Source: an uncultured Oscillospiraceae bacterium
GTDB lineage: Bacteria; Bacillota; Clostridia; Oscillospirales; Oscillospiraceae
Direction: 5' to 3'
Assembly: GCA_964450645.1 (NCBI GenBank)
Contig: CAYVEB010000005.1
Span: 178-64,177 of the forward strand
DNA: 64,000 bases
The notes beneath the pieces are model-generated. The model was not told where the DNA came from. It was given only the letters and a program-made list of their open reading frames with translations, and ran no database searches. The stretch's first letter is position 1; each line of letters opens with the position of its first letter. The position numbers were made by a program, and so were the translations under genes. Below, piece by piece: positions 9,472 to 19,161 of the stretch.

Positions 9472-10224
9472 TTACCCGGCCCCTTTGACCATAAGAGATT
9501 TATAAAAATCCAGCGTATAAAATCCCCGTTCCAGCTGGGTGCACAAAAAAGTCTCCGTCACCGCGCACAGCTCCTCCAACGCAGGCTGCGACAGAGTGAA
9601 GGAAAACAGCCGCTTTGCCGGACAGTAGACGATATACCGCATCGCCGCCAGCGTTCCTTTGGAGACGGGCATCCGGATGCCGTCATAACCCTCGCCGCAG
9701 GTCTGGCACTGTAACCCTCCGTTGGACACGTTGAACCGATCCGGTTCCTCCGAACCACAGACCGCGCACCGCTCCAGATTTGGCTCGTATCCCGCCAGAC
9801 ACGCCAGCCGCAGCTCAAACGCCGCCTTAATTAACTCCTTCGGCCTGGCCGGCTGGCACAGCGCGTACAGGGCGTTGAGCGTCAGCGACAGCAATTCCGG
9901 GTTGATCACGTCTTCCTGGGAGACAACCTCCGCCGCCTGGGCGAAATACGCCCCCAGGGACAGCCGCTCCAAATCCCCCCGTAGGCCGAAAAACATCTCC
10001 TTCGGCTCCGCCTCCGTGATCACATGGTAGCCCCGGTAGTCCAGCAAGGTGAACTCCCCGTAGGTCAGCAGCTGGCAGACGCTTTTCAACTTGCTGCTTT
10101 TTGACCGGACGCCCCGCGCTTTCAGGGTCATTTTCCCATGATCCTTAGTCAGCACGGTGAGCAGGCGGTCGCGCTCTTTATAGTCGGTTTGCCGCAGGAT
10201 CAGACCCTCTGTTTTTAAGTACAT
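9472..10224 (-). CDS. recO: DNA repair protein RecO
   Basis: MYLKTEGLILRQTDYKERDRLLTVLT is an OB-fold N-terminus, and a Cys4 zinc motif (CAVCGS...CQTCG) is present. The era-yqzL-recO order is conserved. Confidence 0.9.
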   Translation of the reverse strand: MYLKTEGLILRQTDYKERDRLLTVLTKDHGKMTLKARGVRSKSSKLKSVCQLLTYGEFTLLDYRGYHVITEAEPKEMFFGLRGDLERLSLGAYFAQAAEVVSQEDVINPELLSLTLNALYALCQPARPKELIKAAFELRLACLAGYEPNLERCAVCGSEEPDRFNVSNGGLQCQTCGEGYDGIRMPVSKGTLAAMRYIVYCPAKRLFSFTLSQPALEELCAVTETFLCTQLERGFYTLDFYKSLMVKGAG

Positions 10225-10291
10225 ATGCTCCCTATCGTATTCGCACGGTCGGCTCCGGGGAAACCGCGTTCCCCCGGAGCTAATACTTTTC

Positions 10292-10393
10292 TTACGCTGT
10301 CTTTTCCAAATCCCGGATTGCCTGCTTATAGAGCAAATAAATCTCCGGCGCACCGGTTTGCAAAAACAACGACCAATACTCGTTTGCATCCAT
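10292..10393 (-). CDS. yqzL: YqzL-family small protein
   Basis: 33 aa: MDANEYWSLFLQTGAPEIYLLYKQAIRDLEKTA. It resembles the YqzL W..F..TG....YLLYK signature. It sits between era and recO as in Bacillus. Confidence 0.65.
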   Translation of the reverse strand: MDANEYWSLFLQTGAPEIYLLYKQAIRDLEKTA

Positions 10394-10470
10394 AGGGCAA
10401 TTCCTCCATTTCGATCCTACTTTTAAGATATGGTTAGGATTTGCCGAATGGTACAAACTATTCTGAAAAA

Positions 10471-11355
10471 TCATTCATATCCAAAATTGCGAATCAGGAA
10501 TTGGCTGTCGCGCCAGTTCTCCTTGACCTTAACCCATGTCTGCAAATACACCTTCGTGCCCATAAAGCGCTCGCAGTCGGCCCGCGCCATGGTGCTGATT
10601 TTTTTCAGCATCGCCCCGTGTTTTCCGATAATAATGCCCTTGTGGCTGGCCTTTTCGCAGTAAATGGTCGCATCGATGTCGACAATGCCGTTGTCCCGTT
10701 CGGAGAATTTGGTGATCTCCACCGCCGTCCCGTGGGGAATTTCCTGTTCCAGGCACCACAGCATCTTTTCCCGGATGATCTCGGCAATCACCTGCCGCTC
10801 CGGCTGATCGGACGTGACACCGCCAGGGAAAAAGTGGGGCGATTCCACCGCGTACTGCTCGCAGACGGTCAAAAGCTCCTCCACACCGTCGCCGGTCTTG
10901 GCGCTGATGGGAATCACCGCGTCAAACGCGTAGCGGCTGCTGTAGGCGGCAATCACAGCAAGCAGCGCGTCCTTCTCCACCGTGTCGATTTTGTTGATCA
11001 CCAAAATCGCCGGCACATGCGTCTGAGCGATCTGCCGCAGCAGCTGCTCTTCCAGCTCACCCACATTCGCAATTGGCTCCACCAGCAGCAGCACCGCGTC
11101 TACATCCGCCACCGAGGCATGTACAACGCCGACCATATAGTCCCCCAGCTTTGTACGCGGCCTGTGGAACCCCGGCGTGTCCAGAAACACAAGCTGTGTC
11201 TCTCCCCGGGTTAGGACGCCCGTGATCCGGTTGCGGGTCGTCTGCGGCTTGTTGGAAACAATTGCAATCTTCTCCCCCACAATTTTGTTGATCAGCGTGG
11301 ACTTCCCCACGTTTGGCCGCCCACAAATGGTGAGCATTGCAGATTTTGTATCCAT
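10471..11355 (-). CDS. era: GTPase Era
   Basis: G1 GRPNVGKSTLIN, G3 DTPG, G4 NKID and a C-terminal KH domain. Confidence 0.95.
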   Translation of the reverse strand: MDTKSAMLTICGRPNVGKSTLINKIVGEKIAIVSNKPQTTRNRITGVLTRGETQLVFLDTPGFHRPRTKLGDYMVGVVHASVADVDAVLLLVEPIANVGELEEQLLRQIAQTHVPAILVINKIDTVEKDALLAVIAAYSSRYAFDAVIPISAKTGDGVEELLTVCEQYAVESPHFFPGGVTSDQPERQVIAEIIREKMLWCLEQEIPHGTAVEITKFSERDNGIVDIDATIYCEKASHKGIIIGKHGAMLKKISTMARADCERFMGTKVYLQTWVKVKENWRDSQFLIRNFGYE

Positions 11356-11474
11356 GATGATTTCTCCTGTTTTTACCGCGCCCGCCGCAATCGAACGCGT
11401 ATCGTGTGTATTTCAGTACCTCTGACAACCGGACGCCTGTGCGGAAAGCCGCCCGGAACGCCGGAATTTTGGTT

Positions 11475-11975
11475 CTATTTTGATTTTGGCAGCATGATCT
11501 CCGCCAGAATGGCCTCCTCCCGGCCACGCATCTGCTTTTTCATAGGGCCTTCGTCCATGTGGTCATAGCCCAGCAGGTGCAGCACAGAATGTACCGTCAG
11601 GTATCCCGCCTCCCGGCGGACGCCGTGGCCGAACTCGGCCGCCTGCTTGCGCACCTGCTCCATGGAAATGGCCATATCGCCCAGGGGCAGCAAGCCGGTT
11701 TCTGCGTCCAGATAGGGCACCCAGTCCTCCGGCGGCTCTCCGGGCTTCAGCGTAAACATGGGAAATGACAGCACGTCTGTGGCCTTGTCCACGCCGCGGC
11801 TGGCCCGGTTGATCGTCCGGATGCCCTTGTTATCCGTCACCAGAACGTTGATCTCCACCGGGACGTCCACGCCCTCGCAGCGCACCGCCGTCAAAATGCA
11901 CCGGCGCAGATAGACCGTCAGCGCGATGCTTTTATCGGCACGGTTGACATAAGAAATATTGATCTGGTCCCTCAC
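11475..11975 (-). CDS. ybeY: rRNA maturation endoribonuclease YbeY
   Basis: HSVLHLLGYDH zinc-binding motif. The gene overlaps the phoH stop. Confidence 0.93.
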   Translation of the reverse strand: MRDQINISYVNRADKSIALTVYLRRCILTAVRCEGVDVPVEINVLVTDNKGIRTINRASRGVDKATDVLSFPMFTLKPGEPPEDWVPYLDAETGLLPLGDMAISMEQVRKQAAEFGHGVRREAGYLTVHSVLHLLGYDHMDEGPMKKQMRGREEAILAEIMLPKSK

Positions 11976-12970
11976 AGCGATTTCTTCCTTTTGTAAGTTT
12001 TTCCAGGCAGCTCCCTGGCGCGCTTTTCATAGTTTTCATAGGCCGCCACAATCTGCTGCACAAGCGCGTGGCGCACCACGTCGCTGGCAGTCAGCCGGCA
12101 GATAGCGATATCTTGGACGTTCTCCAGAACCTTAATCGCGTCTTTCAAGCCGCTGACTTTATCCGCCGGCAGGTCGATCTGCGTCACGTCGCCGGTGATG
12201 ACGATCTTGGAGCCAAAGCCCAGCCGGGTCAGGAACATTTTCATCTGCTCCCGTGTGGTATTCTGCGCCTCGTCAAGGATAATGAAGCTGTCGTCCAGCG
12301 TCCGCCCGCGCATATAGGCCAGCGGCGCGACCTCAATATTGCCCCGCTCAAGATATTTCTGGTACGTCTCCGGCCCCAGCATATCAAACAGGGCGTCGTA
12401 CAGCGGCCGCAGATAGGGATCCACCTTGTTTTGCAGATCGCCGGGCAAAAAGCCCAGCCGCTCCCCCGCCTCCACCGCTGGGCGGGTGAGGATGATCCGG
12501 TTGACCGTTTTTTCGCGGAAAGCCGCCACCGCCGCCGCAACGGCGAGATACGTCTTGCCCGTTCCCGCCGGGCCAACGCCGATGGTGATGGTATTTTTCA
12601 TAATTGCCTTCATATACCGCTGCTGGCCCAACGTCTTCGGCTTGATGGGCTTGCCCTTGGCGGTGATGCAGACCACATCCTTGGCCATCTCCTGGATCTT
12701 GTCGTCTTCCCCGCTGCAGACCAAGTCGATCAGGTAGCGCACCTTCTGCTCGTCAATGGACTCGCCCTTAGCGGCCAGACTGAGCAACCCCTCGATGGCG
12801 CGGCTGCCCTTATCCACAGCCTCCACATCCCCTGTCACCTTCAGCTCCGTGTCCCGGTTGACCACCTTCACTTGAAAGGTCTGCTCGATCCGCTTAATAT
12901 TTTCATCAAAGGAGCCGAATACGTTAATGATCTGCTCCATCCGCTCCGCGTTAATTACTCTCTCTGCCAT
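11972..12970 (-). CDS. phoH: PhoH-family ATPase
   Basis: Walker A GPAGTGKTYLAVA, ILDEAQN Walker B and an N-terminal KH-like region. Confidence 0.93.
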   Translation of the reverse strand: MAERVINAERMEQIINVFGSFDENIKRIEQTFQVKVVNRDTELKVTGDVEAVDKGSRAIEGLLSLAAKGESIDEQKVRYLIDLVCSGEDDKIQEMAKDVVCITAKGKPIKPKTLGQQRYMKAIMKNTITIGVGPAGTGKTYLAVAAAVAAFREKTVNRIILTRPAVEAGERLGFLPGDLQNKVDPYLRPLYDALFDMLGPETYQKYLERGNIEVAPLAYMRGRTLDDSFIILDEAQNTTREQMKMFLTRLGFGSKIVITGDVTQIDLPADKVSGLKDAIKVLENVQDIAICRLTASDVVRHALVQQIVAAYENYEKRARELPGKTYKRKKSL

Positions 12971-13004
12971 ATTTTTCTCTCGCTTTCGTATTTTACGTCT
13001 CCTT

Positions 13005-14207
13005 TTACGTCTCCGGAGTCTCGCCGAACAAATCTATGGGCGCGGGCACCATCCTGGCAATCATTTCCTGGCAACTGTTGTCCGCCTCCAGCAGCCAGGT
13101 GCTCGCTTTGGCCGTGACGGTATAGCTCTGGGAGAGGATACTGCCCGCGATCATGTCCCCCTTGACCGTCCGGGTCACGTAGTCGAGCAAAAGCGCCTCC
13201 GCCTCCTGGCGGGTCAGCGGAACCTCCTGCGTTTGATAGCTTCGCAGCGTTTCGATTTCCAGCTCCGCGGGAAACGCGTATCCGCCCGGAAGAATGAGCG
13301 CCTTCCTTTCCACTATTTTATCACACTTTCCCTGTGGAATTCCACTATTTCTTGACAAATTTATTCTTTTTCTTCCGATTATTAAAATATAATTGGTGAT
13401 TTCCTCGCCGGTATAGCATTTTTGCCGGACAGTTTTAGGAATCTGTACCGTTTCATGCCGCCAGGTCATGGCGTAGATTTCCGCAAGGGCGTGAACCGCC
13501 TGCGGACCGGTCGTCCAATCCGCATAGCCGGAAACCAGCAGCTGCCCCTCGGTGACAGTATCGCCAACCTCGCAAGCCTTAAACCCGTCCATCACCTGCA
13601 TCTGCGTGATCACCCCGGCCCGGGACGCCACAACGTTCGTAATCTCGTGCTCCAGCTCGATCTGCGGCTCCGGCTCCCGCTCCGCCACCAGAACCGTCAC
13701 ACATCCACCAGTGCGGTTGACCGCGCACCAGCGCAGTTCCGGAAGCTCATTCATCATGCGGTTTTTAATGTCCTGCGAGCGGATATCCGCGCCCCACGCG
13801 CCAAACTTTACGCCAAATTTTTCCAGCGCGTGGAGAATCTCGCCGGTCTGCACCCGCTCATTCCCCTGCACCTGGACTGTCCAAACAAACCTCGGCAGCA
13901 GCACAAGCGCGGCCAAAACCACTACCATTCCAACCACCATCACCGGCCGCCGCTTAAGTCCGCGCAGCGTCTGCCGCAATCCCACATACCGCTCCACCTC
14001 CACCGCGCACTGTGCGCTCCCGGCAACGCGGCTAGCCTCCTCTAGATCCCGCCAGTAGACGACGCACCGGAACTCTACTTCGCTCAACCGATCGATGCCC
14101 CAGAAGGGAATCCTCCGCGCCGCCAGGCGATTCATACAAGTCTCTTGGGACGCGCCGGTAATTTTGATGCGCGCCGTACCCCGGATATAATTGATTACTG
14201 GATTCAT
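13005..14207 (-). CDS. yqfD: Sporulation protein YqfD
   Basis: N-terminus INYIRGTARIKITGASQETCMNRLAARRIPFWGI with a single central TM segment. The yqfC-yqfD-phoH order is conserved. Confidence 0.88.
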   Translation of the reverse strand: MNPVINYIRGTARIKITGASQETCMNRLAARRIPFWGIDRLSEVEFRCVVYWRDLEEASRVAGSAQCAVEVERYVGLRQTLRGLKRRPVMVVGMVVVLAALVLLPRFVWTVQVQGNERVQTGEILHALEKFGVKFGAWGADIRSQDIKNRMMNELPELRWCAVNRTGGCVTVLVAEREPEPQIELEHEITNVVASRAGVITQMQVMDGFKACEVGDTVTEGQLLVSGYADWTTGPQAVHALAEIYAMTWRHETVQIPKTVRQKCYTGEEITNYILIIGRKRINLSRNSGIPQGKCDKIVERKALILPGGYAFPAELEIETLRSYQTQEVPLTRQEAEALLLDYVTRTVKGDMIAGSILSQSYTVTAKASTWLLEADNSCQEMIARMVPAPIDLFGETPET

Positions 14208-14211
14208 CGTC

Positions 14212-14478
14212 TCACCCCAATACCACCGCAGATATGTTGCCGCCGATCTCCACGCGGGACCGGGTCAGGAGGGTAATGGTCAGCGCTTCGCCCTGGACAG
14301 CGACTATCCCGCTGTGGGTCGCAACGTGGATGCGCTGCTGGGTATATTCGAGGATGGCGCTGTGATGATCGATGGACACCTTGGATGTCCCGCGGATCTC
14401 AATCAAAGGCTCCTGTGTGAGAATCTCGCTGGGGATGTCGAATTTCTCGGAAAATTTGTGCATAAATTTGTCCTTCAA
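14212..14478 (-). CDS. yqfC: Sporulation protein YqfC
   Basis: 88 aa: EKFDIPSEILTQEPLIEIRGTSKVSIDHHSAILEY. Start is TTG with SD GAGGTG 6 nt upstream. Confidence 0.85.
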   Translation of the reverse strand: MKDKFMHKFSEKFDIPSEILTQEPLIEIRGTSKVSIDHHSAILEYTQQRIHVATHSGIVAVQGEALTITLLTRSRVEIGGNISAVVLG

Positions 14479-14582
14479 ACCGTTTCACCTCGCTCAATTC
14501 TATGCACAGGCAGGCAAAGATTTGTCCGGCACGCATATATTTCATACCAGGACAAATCAATTTAATTGTCGAGGTGAATGGT

Positions 14583-15635
14583 ATGAAGCAAATCCATTGG
14601 AGGACCTATATCCTGCCGCTTTTGGCCGTTGGGGCGGGGCTGATGTTGTTTTTTGGACAAGCGGCGGTGGACGGCGCGGGTAAGGCGCTGGCCATGTGCG
14701 GCAGTACGGTCATTCCGTCTTTGTTTCCATTTTTCGTCATGTCCGGTCTGCTGACCGGTCTGGGCGCTGGGCAGGGCATCGCGCAAAAACTGGCGCGGCC
14801 GCTGCGCAAATATCTGGGAATCACGCCAGCAGGCGGAATGGCGCTGCTCATGGGGCTGCTGGGCGGCTATCCCCTGGGCGTGCGCGCCGTGATGGATCTT
14901 TACGAGCAAAAGCGCATTTATTCAAGCGACGTCCAAAAGCTCCTTTTGTTCTGCAACAACACCGGCCCTGCGTTTTTCGTCGGGGCGGCCGGGCTGGCGT
15001 TGTTTGGGAATGCCGCCGTCGGCTTGACACTCTATGTTATCCACGCCGTCAGCGCCGTCCTCACCGGTGTCTGGCTGCAACGCCTGCGGCCGGTCTCCAG
15101 CCCCTACACGGTGCAGCCGCTGCCGGAGCCGAAAAAAAAGGGCGTATTTCCCCAGGCTGTCGTATCCGCCTGCCAGTCCATGCTGCACATCAGCGCTTTT
15201 GTCGTGTTCTTTGGCGCGGTATTGGGCGTATTGCGCCAGCTGGTACCGCTCAGTGGACTGTGGGAGGCGCTGGTCTGCGGAAGCTTGGAAATGACCTCCG
15301 GCGTGATGGCCCTGGCGGGGCAAAGCCCGCTCGTCATGTTCTGCCTGGCGGAGGTCTTAATTACCTGGGGCGGCGTATGCGTCCACTGTCAGGCGATGGC
15401 CCTTGCCGGCGAACTGATGCCCGTCGGGCAATATCTGGGCGCGAAGCTGCTCCAGGCCGTAATCGCTGGGGCCATCGCGCTGCCGGTCGGTCTGGCGGAG
15501 TTGGGCTGCGAGGGAATCCCGCAAAATCTGCGGGTGTATCTTTGGATCCTTCCGGCCGGGTGCGCGGCGCTCCTGATCGTCTTTGGAAAAATTTTGAAAA
15601 AAGAGGCTAGTAATTCCCGGCAAAATTCGATATAA
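14583..15635 (+). CDS. ylbJ: Sporulation integral membrane protein YlbJ-like (nucleoside-recognition/Gate domain)
   Basis: Polytopic membrane protein with the MCGSTVIPSLFPFFVMSGLL motif. SD GAGGTG lies upstream of the ATG at 14583. Confidence 0.8.
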   Translation: MKQIHWRTYILPLLAVGAGLMLFFGQAAVDGAGKALAMCGSTVIPSLFPFFVMSGLLTGLGAGQGIAQKLARPLRKYLGITPAGGMALLMGLLGGYPLGVRAVMDLYEQKRIYSSDVQKLLLFCNNTGPAFFVGAAGLALFGNAAVGLTLYVIHAVSAVLTGVWLQRLRPVSSPYTVQPLPEPKKKGVFPQAVVSACQSMLHISAFVVFFGAVLGVLRQLVPLSGLWEALVCGSLEMTSGVMALAGQSPLVMFCLAEVLITWGGVCVHCQAMALAGELMPVGQYLGAKLLQAVIAGAIALPVGLAELGCEGIPQNLRVYLWILPAGCAALLIVFGKILKKEASNSRQNSI

Positions 15636-15656
15636 TAGAGGGCGAGGTGAGGCCCG

Positions 15657-15866
15657 ATGCTGTTTCGCAAAAAAATTGAACGTTCCTGTTCCTATTGCGC
15701 CCGGGGCGGCAAGGTGGACGATCAAACCGTTTTGTGCAAGAAAAAAGGCTTTGTGGACTGTCACGGCAGCTGCCGCAAATTTCAATACGACCCGCTCAAG
15801 CGGATTCCGCCCAAACCCACGGCACAGGATTTTTCCAAATATCGGGACGAAGATTTCTCTCTATAA
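15657..15866 (+). CDS. Small cysteine-rich protein (putative zinc ribbon), unknown function
   Basis: 69 aa with C-x2-C ... C-x8-C-x3-C (CSYCARGG...CKKKGFVDCHGSC). It starts 22 nt after ylbJ and is followed by the hairpin at 15920-15968. Confidence 0.6.
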   Translation: MLFRKKIERSCSYCARGGKVDDQTVLCKKKGFVDCHGSCRKFQYDPLKRIPPKPTAQDFSKYRDEDFSL

Positions 15867-15919
15867 GAAAAATTGAAAAACTGGGTCGGGATCATTCACC
15901 GCCCTTCTCATGGCACACA

Positions 15920-15968
15920 AAAGGGGTTGCCGCAAAATGTAGAAGCTACATTCTGCGACAGCCCCTTT
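15920..15968. terminator. Long imperfect hairpin between convergent genes (about 23-bp arms, 3-nt loop)
   Basis: AAAGGGGTTGCCGCAAAATGTAG aag CTACATTCTGCGACAGCCCCTTT. T-rich sequence follows on the plus strand. Confidence 0.55.
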
Positions 15969-16076
15969 GTTCTTGAAGTCTGCCCCCCTGAATAAGATCT
16001 ACCTCTACGATTTCTCAGCAGGACGGCGCTTCGCCCTTAGGCATCTGTTGCAGGGCGGGCACCGTTGCAGCGCTTC

Positions 16077-16955
16077 CTAATCGATCGAGACGATCTCATA
16101 TTCCCGCGAGCCGAGGTTCAGCGCCGCTGCCGCTTCCAACGTGCGGATTCCGTTGCGGGACTCGATACGTTCAATTAAAGACGCCTTTCCGGGATCCGCT
16201 GACGCGTACACCGCGTCCACGCAGGCCTGATCCACCGCGACCGGATCGAGCGAGGCGAAAATGCCGATATCTGCCATTTCCGGGTCGTGGGGATGGGCGT
16301 CGCAGTCACAGTCGACGGACAGCTTGTTGGCCACATTGATATAGACGATATTTTCCCTGCCCAGGTAGGCCATCACCGACTGATCCGCATCGGCCATGGA
16401 TTCCAGGAAGGAATCGTGATCCGCTGTCATCAGTGCCTCAAAGGAAGTCTCCCCGCTACCGGAGGTGTGAATCCATTGTTTGCCCCGGGAGGAGGCGACG
16501 CCGATGGACATGTTTTTCAGCGCGCCGCCGAAGCCGCCCATGGCGTGGCCCTTAAAATGGGAGAGCATCAACATGGAGCGGTAATTTTTCAGGTGAGCGC
16601 CCACGTAGTTCTTGTCCAGGTGGCGGCCGTTGGTCACAGGAATGGCCATATCGCCGTCTTCATCCAGAATATCGCAGGGAGCGATGTCCGTGAAACCATG
16701 TTCCCGGATCGCCTCCCAATGGGCTTTCGTGGTATTCCGGCGGCCCTCATAGGCGGTGTTGCATTCGACAATCGTTCCGGACAGGCTGCTGACCAGCGGC
16801 TGGATCAGCGCGGGATTGAGAAAATTGTGGCCGCCCGGTTCGCCGGACGAAATTTTAACAGCCACCTTATCCCGCAGCATCACGTTCAGCGCGTCATAAA
16901 TTCTTAAAAGGCCCTGGGCGGAGATGTCTTTGGTAAAATAAACCTTGGATTTCAT
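16077..16955 (-). CDS. DUF362 domain-containing protein
   Basis: 292 aa. Motifs KVAVKISSGEPGGHNFLNP...ECNTAYEGRRNT...HGF are remembered from DUF362 family members. Confidence 0.75.
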   Translation of the reverse strand: MKSKVYFTKDISAQGLLRIYDALNVMLRDKVAVKISSGEPGGHNFLNPALIQPLVSSLSGTIVECNTAYEGRRNTTKAHWEAIREHGFTDIAPCDILDEDGDMAIPVTNGRHLDKNYVGAHLKNYRSMLMLSHFKGHAMGGFGGALKNMSIGVASSRGKQWIHTSGSGETSFEALMTADHDSFLESMADADQSVMAYLGRENIVYINVANKLSVDCDCDAHPHDPEMADIGIFASLDPVAVDQACVDAVYASADPGKASLIERIESRNGIRTLEAAAALNLGSREYEIVSID

Positions 16956-16998
16956 TTAAAAATTCCTCCCTCAAATAAAATTGAAATGATGCTTGATA

Positions 16999-18438
16999 TC
17001 ACACCGTGGCCGGTGCATTTACATAGGGAAAAGTTACGGTAAAGCAGGTGCCAGCCGTCTCCCGGCGGCTGACGCTGATTGTCCCCGCATTGCGCTGCAC
17101 CATGTCGTGGACGATGGACAACCCCAGTCCCGCGCCACCGGCATTCCGGCTGCGGGCCTTGTCCACCCGGTAGAAGCGCTCGAAGATATGGCCGATCGCG
17201 TCCTCCGGAATCCCAACCCCGGTGTCGCTGACAGTGAAAATGATGCTCTCGCTGGTACGGGAAAGAGAGATGCCCAGCCAGCCGTTGGGGACGTTGTATT
17301 TGATTCCATTTTCCACCAGGTTGAAAATAATCTGATACAGGTCGTCACCCTGGATCATGACCGTACAGCCCGGCTGGACGGATTCCTCAATGGTAATTCC
17401 CCGTTGCGACGCCATTGGCGTCAGCATCCGAACCACGCGGCCTATGACGTTCCCCACTTCCACGCACTGGATCTCCTCCGCCACATGGCTGTCGATGCGG
17501 TTCAGCTCCAACAGCTTTTGGGACAGGCGGGTCAGCCGGTCCGCCTCATCGCTGATGTCGCCCACAAATTCCCGGACCGTCGCCTCGTCCATCTGGTTTT
17601 GCAGAATCGAATCCGCCAGCAGCTTCACCGAGGCCAGCGGCGTCTTCAATTCATGGGACGCGTCCGACACAAATTGCCGCCGCCGTTCTTCCGATTCCCG
17701 CAAGCGGACAGTCAAATCGTTAAACTCGCTGGCGAGAATTTTCAGCTCATCATGCCCGCTGATTTCAATCTGATTGGAATAGTCCCCGTCGCGCATCATA
17801 CGCACCGAATGGAGAATTCGCCGTAGGCGGCGGGAAAACGCCGCGGAAAAAATCAGCGAAAACAGTAAAATCATCGCCGCCAGAACAATGGAAATGCGCA
17901 AGGTGTTAATCTGCAGCGTATCGATAAGCGCGCCTTGCTCCTCATCCAAATCCATCAAATACACCGCGCCGGACAGCGCCTGGCCGGTATAGACCGGCAT
18001 CGCGGCGCGTCCTTCCAGCGTGCCATTTTCGTATTTGCTGTAGAGCACATCCTGATTCTCCAGCGCCTGCCGCGCCTCGCTGGCCGAGAACAGCTTGCCC
18101 TGCTGATTATCCGACCGCGCTGTGTCGTACAGGACATAACCCTGGCGGTCCATCACCACAATGCGGGTGACGCGGACATCTTCCAAGCCGTTCACAGTCT
18201 GGCGGATGGCGGTAAGGGTCATTTCATCCAGGCCGTTGAGCGACGTTGAAAGTAGCTGTGCCTTGGCGTGCATCGAACTCTGCTGGGCCGAAAACGCCAG
18301 ATTCCGCATCGTCGCGGCCGCATAGATATTTAAAAACACCAGTGCCACCGCCGTAATCAGCAGATATCCCACCGCGTACTGCATCTGGGAACCGCCGGGC
18401 CAGAACCGGAACCTTCGCTGTTTTGAAATCGGAGCCAC
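16999..18438 (-). CDS. Sensor histidine kinase (TM-sensor-TM-HAMP-HisKA-HATPase)
   Basis: H-box SHELKTPL, N-box and G2 box GGAGLGLSIV, and two N-terminal TM segments. The start codon is uncertain (18438 or the ATG at 18384). Confidence 0.9.
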   Translation of the reverse strand: MAPISKQRRFRFWPGGSQMQYAVGYLLITAVALVFLNIYAAATMRNLAFSAQQSSMHAKAQLLSTSLNGLDEMTLTAIRQTVNGLEDVRVTRIVVMDRQGYVLYDTARSDNQQGKLFSASEARQALENQDVLYSKYENGTLEGRAAMPVYTGQALSGAVYLMDLDEEQGALIDTLQINTLRISIVLAAMILLFSLIFSAAFSRRLRRILHSVRMMRDGDYSNQIEISGHDELKILASEFNDLTVRLRESEERRRQFVSDASHELKTPLASVKLLADSILQNQMDEATVREFVGDISDEADRLTRLSQKLLELNRIDSHVAEEIQCVEVGNVIGRVVRMLTPMASQRGITIEESVQPGCTVMIQGDDLYQIIFNLVENGIKYNVPNGWLGISLSRTSESIIFTVSDTGVGIPEDAIGHIFERFYRVDKARSRNAGGAGLGLSIVHDMVQRNAGTISVSRRETAGTCFTVTFPYVNAPATV

Positions 18439-18483
18439 CTCCCCGCGCCGCAGCGGCCGCCCGGCCGCCCGTCAGACGCAATG

Positions 18484-19158
18484 CTATGCCTTGAAATAGT
18501 ACCCGACGCCCCATTTGGTCATAATATGTTCAGGCTCCGCCGGATTCTCTTCCAGCTTTTCCCGCAGACGGCGGATGTGGACGTCGACCGTCCGCACATC
18601 GCTGCGGTAGTCGTAGCCCCAGAGAATGTCCAAAAGGTTTTCCCGGGAATAGACCCGGTTGGGATTGCGAATGAGAAGCTCAATCAGGTCAAACTCCTTG
18701 GCGGTCAGGTCGGCCAAAACACCGCCCCGGTAGGCGTTGCGTGCGTCCGTATCCACCACGATCTGGCCGCAGGAAATGCGGCTTTCCCGATTCGATTTCC
18801 GCGCGGCGCGGCGCAGTAGCGCCCGAATCCGCGCTTTGAGTTCCAAAATGTTAAACGGCTTCGTCAGATAGTCGTCCGCGCCGTGCTCAAAGCCCAGTAG
18901 CTTGTCCATGTCCTCGGCCTTGGCCGTCAGCATAATAATCGGCACGTCGGAAAACTCCCGGATCCGCTGGCAGGCGCTCAATCCGTCCAGTACCGGCATC
19001 ATCAGGTCCAGAATGATCAATCCGACCTCCGGATCCTTGGCCGCGTTCACCGCATCTTCGCCGTTGCTGCCGGTTAAAACCGTATATCCTTCGTTTTGTA
19101 AATTAAATTTGATTCCCTTGACAAGCAAGGCTTCATCGTCTACAACTGCAATTTTCAT
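18484..19158 (-). CDS. OmpR/PhoB-family response regulator
   Basis: Receiver domain (MKIAVVDDE...ILDLMMP...LTAK) plus a winged-helix C-terminus (VDVHIRRLREKL). Confidence 0.93.
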   Translation of the reverse strand: MKIAVVDDEALLVKGIKFNLQNEGYTVLTGSNGEDAVNAAKDPEVGLIILDLMMPVLDGLSACQRIREFSDVPIIMLTAKAEDMDKLLGFEHGADDYLTKPFNILELKARIRALLRRAARKSNRESRISCGQIVVDTDARNAYRGGVLADLTAKEFDLIELLIRNPNRVYSRENLLDILWGYDYRSDVRTVDVHIRRLREKLEENPAEPEHIMTKWGVGYYFKA

Positions 19159-19161
19159 ACT

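Noticed and set aside
11356-11474. 119-nt gap between ybeY and era, where many Firmicutes carry dgkA/cdd
   Set aside because: There is no ORF, no remnant translation and no notable structure. It looks like an ordinary spacer.
14479-14582. Sigma-E/K-like -10 elements (CATATATT on the plus strand upstream of ylbJ, CATAGAAT on the minus strand upstream of yqfC)
   Set aside because: The -10 matches are plausible for mother-cell promoters. I could not find convincing -35 elements at the right spacing, so support is too weak to list them as features.
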